Source of the DNA: Patescibacteria group bacterium
GTDB taxonomy: Bacteria > Patescibacteriota > Patescibacteriia > Magasanikbacterales > GWA2-37-8
Length of the DNA: 64,000 nt
Assembly (NCBI GenBank): GCA_041651015.1
Contig: JBAZKA010000003.1
Location: 117,755 to 181,754, forward strand
Reading direction: 5' to 3'
The notes under the pieces were generated by a model. That model ran no database searches, was not told where the DNA came from, and saw nothing but the letters and a program-made list of their open reading frames with translations. Positions 30,117 through 37,296 of the stretch are shown piece after piece. The stretch's first letter is position 1, and each line of letters starts with the position of its first letter. The translations under genes and the position numbers were made by a program.

Positions 30117-30155
30117 ACAGTCAAAAGTTCATAAAGTTATAAAGTTCATAAAGTT

Positions 30156-30977
30156 ATGAAAAAAATATTTTTCGCTGTCATTCTTGGTGCATTACTTCCC
30201 TGTTTCGCGCACGCCGCTACCTCAACGGAAAAAATCAGTTTGTCTGTGCCTTTCATTATTGAAATTCCGGACGGCACTTGGACCGGCAATTGGAAAAACG
30301 CTTGCGAGGAAGCGAGCATGAGCATGGTGGATCAATATTATGCGGGCGTGACTAAAATCAGCCGGCAAGCATCCAAAAATATCATGAATCCCCTATTTAC
30401 CTATCAGGATTCTATTTGGGGCGGAAACGCGGATTCCAATGCCACGCGCACAGCCAAAATCATTGAGGCCAAACTTGATTTCAAAGCCACCATCAAACGC
30501 AATCCGACTATTGAAGAAATTAAAAACGAACTTCGCGCAGGCCGTCCGGTCATTTCCTTTCATTACGCCAAATACTTAGCCAACCCCGGACACCGTTTCC
30601 GCGTGGGCGGTTCATATTATCATGTCATGGTAATCAGCGGTTTTGACGATGCCACAGGCGAGTTTATCACCGAAGACCCGGGCGCTGAGAATGGTCTTGA
30701 CTATCGCTATAAATATGATACACTCATGGCGACTTTAGGTGACTTTAATCACACCACCAAAAAAGTGGACGGCCCGGCCACGGTAATATTTACCAAGCAA
30801 TATTTACTGGCCAAAGCCGAAGGCGGTAAAAGAATATATTTGTTGAACGATAATACCAGACAATATATTTGCAGTCCGGATTTGTTCAAGAAGTATGGTT
30901 GGAGTTGGAGCAAAGTTAGAACAGTAAATAAAACTTGGTTGTCTTCCATGGCCACCGGCACGGCTATTTGGGAATAA
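30156..30977 (+). CDS. Secreted C39-like peptidase
   Basis: Signal peptide, NACEEAS, YHVMVISGFD, EDPG. Confidence 0.8.
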   Translation: MKKIFFAVILGALLPCFAHAATSTEKISLSVPFIIEIPDGTWTGNWKNACEEASMSMVDQYYAGVTKISRQASKNIMNPLFTYQDSIWGGNADSNATRTAKIIEAKLDFKATIKRNPTIEEIKNELRAGRPVISFHYAKYLANPGHRFRVGGSYYHVMVISGFDDATGEFITEDPGAENGLDYRYKYDTLMATLGDFNHTTKKVDGPATVIFTKQYLLAKAEGGKRIYLLNDNTRQYICSPDLFKKYGWSWSKVRTVNKTWLSSMATGTAIWE

Positions 30978-30984
30978 AAAAAAC

Positions 30985-31167
30985 TCCGAGATCGTCTGCC
31001 AGGTCTAATAGCCCGCCTTCGTCCGCCTTGGGCGGACTACGGACGGGTAAATAGGACACGAGACTCTTGCGCCCAAGGCGCATCCGCCTCGGGCGGAGAA
31101 TCTCTTACCTCGCCACGCCGAAGTCCCGACATAGTCGAGGCGAAGGCGGGTCTAGGTTCGAATCCTA
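30985..31167 (+). pseudogene. tRNA-Gln pseudo-copy 1 with hairpin insertions in D-loop, anticodon and variable loop
   Basis: Colinear with 31328-31398 after removing inserts; lacks the 3' acceptor strand. Confidence 0.85.
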
Positions 31168-31180
31168 ATACAATTTACTA

Positions 31181-31314
31181 TCCGAGATCGTCTAATGGTA
31201 GGACACGAGACTCTTGCGCCCAAGGCGCATCCGCCTCGGGCGGAGAATCTCTTACCTCGCCACGCCGAAGTCCCGACATAGTCGAGGCGAAGGCGGGTCT
31301 AGGTTCGAATCCTA
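31181..31314 (+). pseudogene. tRNA-Gln pseudo-copy 2 with hairpin insertions in anticodon and variable loop
   Basis: Identical to the intact gene up to the anticodon; 147-bp repeat period; lacks the 3' acceptor strand. Confidence 0.88.
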
Positions 31315-31327
31315 ATACAATTTACTA

Positions 31328-31398
31328 TCCGAGATCGTCTAATGGTAGGACACGAGACTCTGAATCTCGTTATCTAGGTTCGAATCCTAGTCTCGGAA
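31328..31398 (+). tRNA. tRNA-Gln (CTG)
   Basis: TCCGAGA/TCTCGGA acceptor, CGAGA-CTCTGAA-TCTCG, CTAGG-TTCGAAT-CCTAG. Confidence 0.95.
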
Positions 31399-31410
31399 CA
31401 AAAGAACGAT

Positions 31411-31440
31411 TTAATCGGCTACTAAGGCCGATTTAATTTT
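31411..31440 (+). terminator. Probable terminator after tRNA-Gln
   Basis: aatcggct-acta-aggccgatt hairpin followed by a T-rich tract. Confidence 0.55.
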
Positions 31441-31510
31441 AGGTAAATAGATTGAAACGTTTTTCTATCCATGATAATATAACTCTATAAAATATGTAAT
31501 TAAATTATCT

Positions 31511-31741
31511 ATGATTTTACTAGCAGACTCAATGATACAAATTGTCGCTTCTGGGGGCGGTTTGATTATCGATTTAAACAAAACAACTTTGATGTCAGAT
31601 ACCATGATACAAATTGCTGCTGCTGCTGGACGATCGGGTGCAAAAGTAGTTTTTAAACTTGGTTCTAAAATTTTGATGTCAGATACCATGATACAAATTG
31701 CTGCTGCGGGGAGGGGTAATGTAATTTTTGATATAAGTTAG
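31511..31741 (+). CDS. Small internal-repeat protein
   Basis: Three units (DSMIQIVASGGG / MSDTMIQIAAAAGR / MSDTMIQIAAAGRG); the last two are 28 aa apart. Confidence 0.7.
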   Translation: MILLADSMIQIVASGGGLIIDLNKTTLMSDTMIQIAAAAGRSGAKVVFKLGSKILMSDTMIQIAAAGRGNVIFDIS

Positions 31742-31744
31742 AAT

Positions 31745-32434
31745 ATGGAACAAAATTATTATTTTATCGACGGATCTTCATTGATTGCGCAAATTAGAAC
31801 ACTGTGGAAAAAGGATCCTAAATACAATTGGCGCCGACTAGATCCCTTGAAATTTATAGGACAAATTGTTTATTCGCTTCCCGAACTCGGATCAGCGAAT
31901 TATAAAAGAGCGGAATTCTATTTTCCAAAAGGCGAGCAAAATATCGACACATACCTTCTAATGCCCAAAAATTCAACCCCAGGACTCGTACGCGACGTCC
32001 ATTTCAAGTATTGTGGTGAAAAGCTTGATAGGTCATCGGCGTATGAAACATGGCTTGATACTGTACCGCCTCAATGGCTAGATCGGTGTACAAAAAGTGA
32101 AAAGGGTGTGGACATTGAAATATGTTGTGACGCGCTACGTTTGGCCTCATTCGGAAAAATGGACAGGCTCTTTCTATTCACAAATGACCGCGATTTTGTA
32201 CCACTATGCAAAACCCTCAAAGATTTTGGGGTAAATATTAGTCTTATTCATCTTTCAAATTTCACTAATCCAAATAAGCTTTTGCTTGATGAATGCGATT
32301 CGTATGATTTGCTAAAACAAGGCCAATTGGAACTGTTTTTTGAAACGAACAAAGCAAAGAATACTGAGGATGCAGATATACCCGGTATGAATAACTCTCC
32401 CCACGGCGATATTGCCACCACCTTAGTAGCATAA
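31745..32434 (+). CDS. NYN/LabA (PIN-like) domain protein
   Basis: FIDGS, EKGVDI, TNDRDFVP, GVNI acidic motifs. Confidence 0.88.
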   Translation: MEQNYYFIDGSSLIAQIRTLWKKDPKYNWRRLDPLKFIGQIVYSLPELGSANYKRAEFYFPKGEQNIDTYLLMPKNSTPGLVRDVHFKYCGEKLDRSSAYETWLDTVPPQWLDRCTKSEKGVDIEICCDALRLASFGKMDRLFLFTNDRDFVPLCKTLKDFGVNISLIHLSNFTNPNKLLLDECDSYDLLKQGQLELFFETNKAKNTEDADIPGMNNSPHGDIATTLVA

Positions 32435-32564
32435 TGGGATTAACAGAAAATATTGTCTATTATCTATTGTAAAACTACGTTTACCATCCCGTCCTCTCCG
32501 GGCGGTTTTTAATTTGACCTCCCCCACCCCAAAGAGTAAAATAACCCTATATAAATTAAACACT

Positions 32565-32909
32565 ATGAACTTCAAACAACAGTGGCGGGAAAACAAATGC
32601 AAAATTATTGGCAACATAACTGGCATAATTGTCTTTATCCTGCTCGCTTTACTCTACTTATATTTATATTCTACAATCACCAACGGAGCAATCAGCGGCG
32701 CAGAACCAAGCAAGTGGCACATGCTACCCATGATTACTGGCCACATGATTCCACTCATCGTGCTTTTTGATCTTGGCGGTCCCGATTCTTGGGGATTTTC
32801 CGCAATAACCCTCGTTGTTTTGATAACAATTTTGTTGCCAGTTACTTATTGGTACATTGGTGGAAAAATCGGTGCGGCCATCGGACGAAAAATACAATCA
32901 AAAAAATGA
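32565..32909 (+). CDS. Small membrane protein
   Basis: Two or three hydrophobic helices; ATGA overlap with the next gene. Confidence 0.65.
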   Translation: MNFKQQWRENKCKIIGNITGIIVFILLALLYLYLYSTITNGAISGAEPSKWHMLPMITGHMIPLIVLFDLGGPDSWGFSAITLVVLITILLPVTYWYIGGKIGAAIGRKIQSKK

Positions 32910-33670
32910 AAACCTCCATCATCATCCCGACCTACAACGAACAGGAAAATATTAATGAACTGTGCGAACGAATTTTCAAAAATAATCCGGCTGATGTCCG
33001 GATAATTTTTGTTGATGATAGCTCCCCGGATGGGACGGCGGAAAAGATCCTGCGGTGTGCAGATGAACAAAAACGCGCGACAAGGGATTCCTCCGCTCCG
33101 TTCGCTTCGCTCGCTCCGGTCGGAATGACAAATATAGATTCAATCAAGCTCATCCGCCGTAGCGCCAAACTCGGCCTGGGCTCGGCCTATATTGAAGGTT
33201 TTAAGGCCGCCCTGGCCGATAAGGCGGACTTTATCATGGAAATGGACGCTGATTTATCTCACGCGCCCGAGGATATTCCGCGGATGATTGAAGCAATGAA
33301 AGACGCTGATTTGGTCATTGGTTCACGCCGAGTGGCGGGCGGAAAAATCATCGGCTGGAACGCGCGCCGGCATTTTACCAGTTCCATGGCCACCTGGTTT
33401 GCCCGATTAGTACTTCGTCTAAACACAAAAGACGTCACGGCCGGCTTCCGTTGTTATCGCCGTGAGATTTTGGAAAAAATTGATTTGGATAAAATAAAAA
33501 GCAATGGTTATGCTTTTCAGGAAGAAATGTTATTTTTGGTGGAACGCTTGGGCGCGCGGGTAAAGGAAATTCCCGTGGAATTTAATGACCGCGCGCGGGG
33601 CAAATCAAAACTTTCATTCAAAGATATCGTGGAATATTTTATTACGATGGGGAGATTGTTTTTAAAATAG
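32906..33670 (+). CDS. Polyprenol-phosphate mannose synthase (GT2) with in-frame palindromic insert
   Basis: IIPTYNE, VDDSSPDGT, MDADLSH, VIGSR, DVTAGFRCYR; insert encodes RATRDSSAPFASLAPVGMT. Confidence 0.92.
   Translation: MKTSIIIPTYNEQENINELCERIFKNNPADVRIIFVDDSSPDGTAEKILRCADEQKRATRDSSAPFASLAPVGMTNIDSIKLIRRSAKLGLGSAYIEGFKAALADKADFIMEMDADLSHAPEDIPRMIEAMKDADLVIGSRRVAGGKIIGWNARRHFTSSMATWFARLVLRLNTKDVTAGFRCYRREILEKIDLDKIKSNGYAFQEEMLFLVERLGARVKEIPVEFNDRARGKSKLSFKDIVEYFITMGRLFLK
33074..33130 (-). repeat. TGTC-tagged palindrome inside the GT2 CDS
   Basis: cgcgcgacaagggattcctc...tcggaatgaca; ends identical to the reverse complement of 8713-8768. Confidence 0.87.
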
Positions 33671-34628
33671 TTTTTAACTCGCTCATCGTATTCACTCGCA
33701 CCAACTCGGCGCGAATTATTTTTATGTCCGACACGATTATCCGCGACTGGATCCCCGCCTTCGCGGGGATGACACGAACCAGGCGATCCCCATGAAAATA
33801 CCACGGCAAATGTTTGCGTAGCGTGACCATTCCCCTGTCGCCATAATGCGCGATGTGCAATTCCGCGTGACGGATAATTGTTTTAATTAATTCATTATTG
33901 GTTATTTTTTTATTATTATTCGCCAACACCCACGGATTGCCCAAGGCTCCGCGTCCAATCATCACGCCATCCGCGCCGGTAATTTCCAAACATTTTTGTA
34001 TATCGTCCGCGCATTTAATGTCGCCGTTTGCCAACACTGGAATTTTCAAAATCTTTTTCACTTTGGCAATCATCGTCCAGTCGGCTTCGCCGGCATAACC
34101 TTGCGTTTTGGTCCGGCCGTGAATTTCTATCCGATCAATCCCCGCTTCCTGCAAACGCAGGGCAAATTCCAAAATTTCATTTTTGTCGCTCCAGCCCAGA
34201 CGTGTTTTCACCGATAGCGGACATTTTAATTTTTCTTTTTTAATCGCCTGAATAATTTCCATGGCCAAATCCGGATGTTTCATCAGAGCCGCGCCGGCAC
34301 GGGACTTTTGCGCAATCTTGGGCACGGGGCAACCCATGTTAATATCTATCCCATCAGGATGAAACTTATCATCAATAATTTTGGCTGCCCGCGCCATGGT
34401 CTCGGGCTTGTCGCCAAAAATCTGGATAATCACCGGGCGCTCGCGCTCATCAATCTCGCACATTTTCAAAGTTTTGGCATTACCGCGGACAATGGCCTCG
34501 GCGCTCACCATCTCGCGGAAAATTAAAAAATCCTTGCCCGAGACTTCACGGCACAAAATTGAAAATGGCTGATCAGTATAATCAGCCATTGGGGCAAGGG
34601 AGACCACAGGAAAACTTTCAAACTTCAT
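33642..34628 (-). CDS. dus: tRNA-dihydrouridine synthase (DusB-like)
   Basis: LAPMA, IDINMGCP, IHGRT, ANGDI, MIGRGALGNPW; insert encodes VIPAKAGIQ. Confidence 0.94.
   Translation of the reverse strand: MKFESFPVVSLAPMADYTDQPFSILCREVSGKDFLIFREMVSAEAIVRGNAKTLKMCEIDERERPVIIQIFGDKPETMARAAKIIDDKFHPDGIDINMGCPVPKIAQKSRAGAALMKHPDLAMEIIQAIKKEKLKCPLSVKTRLGWSDKNEILEFALRLQEAGIDRIEIHGRTKTQGYAGEADWTMIAKVKKILKIPVLANGDIKCADDIQKCLEITGADGVMIGRGALGNPWVLANNNKKITNNELIKTIIRHAELHIAHYGDRGMVTLRKHLPWYFHGDRLVRVIPAKAGIQSRIIVSDIKIIRAELVRVNTMSELKTILKTISPS
33747..33774 (-). repeat. TGTC-tagged palindrome inside dus
   Basis: Reverse complement tgtcatccccgcgaaggcggggatccag resembles intergenic 9339-9366. Confidence 0.85.
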
Positions 34629-34672
34629 AACGGAATATACGAACTACGAAAGATACGAAATTTACGAAACGA

Positions 34673-36106
34673 TTATGCATATGGTAAATCTTCGGGTGGC
34701 GGAGGTATGGCCGCTTCTTCGGCTTTTTTCTGAGCGACATTAACCATACGTAAAGGTTTTTCAAAATTTTCCACCGGCAAATTAATCGGCGGTTCACTGC
34801 GCTTGATATCAGCCTTCTGCAAAAGCGGTGTCTTCACTTGAGGCAACGGGAAATGCCAAATCGTGGCCAGCTCCTCAATATTTAAAATAAACGGCTTGTC
34901 AATCAATTTTAATTTTTTATCCCGATAACATTTTGCCAATTTACGCAGTTTGTAGGCCGAGACAATATTTTTACCCGTAAAATCCTTGCCCGCCCCGCCC
35001 ACGCCTTTGGCTTTAAAACCATTGCGGTTATTAATATAAAACTGATTCATGGCGCCGACCGTGCCTTGCAAACATTTGTTTGGTCTGAAAAATTCTTTTT
35101 TGGCCACATACAAAATTCTCATGCGCGCACGAAAACCTATTTTGGAAATTTTTTCTTCAATTGATTCCACCACCATTTTCGCGCCCGGGGTCAAATCGGA
35201 AATTTTACCGACCACCTCTTCTTTTTTCTTTTCCGGTTTTTTCTTGTCGGTTGAAGAGCTGGGATTGACCGCTTCAAATAAAGTCTTGGCCGCGGTCATG
35301 GGCAGATCGCCGAGGAAAGCCACGGCTCCAGATTGCACTTCTTTTTTACCGGCAATAATTTTCTTTACCAAATCAATACCGGCATGCTTCCAGCTGTTAT
35401 CAATCGGCGTAATCACCAATTGAAGCCAAAGATTTTCACCGGCTCCGATGCGGGAAAAATTTTCCAAAATCGCGGCCATCGGGTCGGAAAAAACCACGTC
35501 CTTGCTAATATTATATTCAAAATGCGGATAAGTGCGGATAGGATAAACTTCATTCTCGGCCAAAGTAAATTCCACGCCTTGCGCGTCATGCGTTTCATTG
35601 GGATATTTATCGGGCGAGGTATCAATATAATCCTCCACTTCGGTAATTTCCGCTTCAGTGTATTGCGCGTAAATCGCCGCTTCCACCAAATCGCGAAATT
35701 CAACCTCGGTGCGGATTAAAAATTGAATATAACCCTCAATACTGATAATTTCAAAACTAAACCATTTTGGCACCTTACCCTGAAAATATCTTTCGTAAAC
35801 GCTATAATTAATTTGCGCCCCGCTCAAATGCGTAAAAATTTGCTCTACGGCTTTGGGTGATTGGACAAATTGCGCCGGCACATCCACAGCCAGGACCGTC
35901 CACTGCCATGTGCCTATGTATTCTTGCTGTTGGTGCTTTTTCCAAACTTCCGCGGCAATGGCAAAAAATGCCAAGGCTAAAATCCACCAGCCGACCAAAA
36001 TAAAAATCGTCTCGGACTGTTCGGCGCGAGTCATTGATAAAAAATTCTGCCAGAAAGACAAATCTAAACTGAAACCCCACGGTGTATCAATAAGTGTCGG
36101 CACCAT
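34673..36106 (-). CDS. Membrane-anchored protein homologous to the N-terminal half of the VirD4-like ATPase
   Basis: Shared motifs with 25973-28525 (FEI/FEL, IYAQY..AEITE..DY, PIRTY, DP, EEKISK.GF, ELA..WH.P) but no Walker A. Confidence 0.8.
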   Translation of the reverse strand: MVPTLIDTPWGFSLDLSFWQNFLSMTRAEQSETIFILVGWWILALAFFAIAAEVWKKHQQQEYIGTWQWTVLAVDVPAQFVQSPKAVEQIFTHLSGAQINYSVYERYFQGKVPKWFSFEIISIEGYIQFLIRTEVEFRDLVEAAIYAQYTEAEITEVEDYIDTSPDKYPNETHDAQGVEFTLAENEVYPIRTYPHFEYNISKDVVFSDPMAAILENFSRIGAGENLWLQLVITPIDNSWKHAGIDLVKKIIAGKKEVQSGAVAFLGDLPMTAAKTLFEAVNPSSSTDKKKPEKKKEEVVGKISDLTPGAKMVVESIEEKISKIGFRARMRILYVAKKEFFRPNKCLQGTVGAMNQFYINNRNGFKAKGVGGAGKDFTGKNIVSAYKLRKLAKCYRDKKLKLIDKPFILNIEELATIWHFPLPQVKTPLLQKADIKRSEPPINLPVENFEKPLRMVNVAQKKAEEAAIPPPPEDLPYA

Positions 36107-36112
36107 AGACGC

Positions 36113-36277
36113 CTATTTTAAGGCCTTAAATACTCCGCCATAAACGATGAGAACAGCAAAAGCCGTCCACCACCAGCCGTATCCGGCGGAAAGATAACCA
36201 GCAACAAACGACATAATGGCAATCAGAGTAATGGTGAACGCCACAAAATGCCGCATTGAATTATCGGACATTGCCAT
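36113..36277 (-). CDS. Small two-TM membrane protein
   Basis: Manual translation MAMSDNSMRHFVAFTITLIAIMSFVAGYLSAGYGWWWTAFAVLIVYGGVFKALK; below the ORF track cutoff. Confidence 0.65.
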   Translation of the reverse strand: MAMSDNSMRHFVAFTITLIAIMSFVAGYLSAGYGWWWTAFAVLIVYGGVFKALK

Positions 36278-36317
36278 AACAAATTGTTATTTTATACGGT
36301 GTTATTATACCACAAAC

Positions 36318-36348
36318 AAAAAATCTCCGCTATAAACGGAGATTTTTT
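36318..36348 (-). terminator. Rho-independent terminator after secF
   Basis: aaaaaatctccg-ctataaa-cggagatttttt. Confidence 0.75.
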
Positions 36349-36356
36349 TGAATTAT

Positions 36357-37286
36357 TTAAGCCTTTTTGGCTGTCAAATTTCTTCTTTGCCAGCGTTCCA
36401 CATAAACCAGAAGCGGACTGGCGATAAAAATTGAAGAATAGGCGCCGGCGACAAAACCGATAAGCAAGGCCAGAACAAAATTGTGAATGCTCGCTCCGCC
36501 AAAGAAATACATGGCGAACAAAGTAATCATAACTGTCACCGTGGTATTGATGGAACGTCCCAAGGTCTGATTCAAACCGCTATCAACAATTTCTTCCAAA
36601 GTTTGGGATTGACCGCGATGTAATAATTTTTCGCGGATACGATCATAAACCACGATAGTATCGTGCACCGAGAAACCAAGAATGGTAAGCACGGCCACGA
36701 CAAACGTGGTATCCACTTCCACTCCGGCAAAATGACCAAGCACGGAAAAAATACCAATCACGATAACCACATCATGCAACATGGCGATGATGGCCAGAGC
36801 ACCATACTTCCAACTCGGAACCGGTCGCGTGACCGCGCGAAAAGCATAAGCAATATAAATCATGATACCGATGCACACCAAAATAATAGCCCAGAGCGAA
36901 CGCTGGCGAAGTTGTTGGGAAACTGACGGACCGATCATTTCAAAACTCGGCTCGCTGATCACGTTATCTTTTGTCTCAAATTCTTTTTTGATTGTCGCAA
37001 GCGCTTTTTGGTGAGATTCTTCGGTCATGGTGGCTGTACGGACGATTAAACCGTTATCGCCGGATTTCTGTACCAACGCATTGGAGACTCCGACCTCTTC
37101 CAAGGCCGCAACCACAGCCGTATTTTCCGGACGAGCACCCGTAAAAGTCAAATCCATGAGTGAACCGCCGGTAAAATCAATCCCCCACTTCAAGCCCCAA
37201 GTAGCAATGGCCGCGATGCCAAGCACGGCCAAGCCGGCGCTGACAAACAACCAAAACTTTGAATATTTAACGAATGGAATGGTCAT
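36357..37286 (-). CDS. secF: Protein translocase subunit SecF
   Basis: GIDFTGGS, IGPSVS, HDV, GFSVHDTIVVYDRIRE, RSINT. Confidence 0.96.
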   Translation of the reverse strand: MTIPFVKYSKFWLFVSAGLAVLGIAAIATWGLKWGIDFTGGSLMDLTFTGARPENTAVVAALEEVGVSNALVQKSGDNGLIVRTATMTEESHQKALATIKKEFETKDNVISEPSFEMIGPSVSQQLRQRSLWAIILVCIGIMIYIAYAFRAVTRPVPSWKYGALAIIAMLHDVVIVIGIFSVLGHFAGVEVDTTFVVAVLTILGFSVHDTIVVYDRIREKLLHRGQSQTLEEIVDSGLNQTLGRSINTTVTVMITLFAMYFFGGASIHNFVLALLIGFVAGAYSSIFIASPLLVYVERWQRRNLTAKKA

Positions 37287-37296
37287 AATAATTATA

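Noticed and set aside
30985-31398. CRISPR array or group I intron reading of the tandem repeat
   Set aside because: Units are tRNA-derived, the intervening sequences are identical rather than unique spacers, no cas genes are present, and the inserts are far too short for self-splicing introns.
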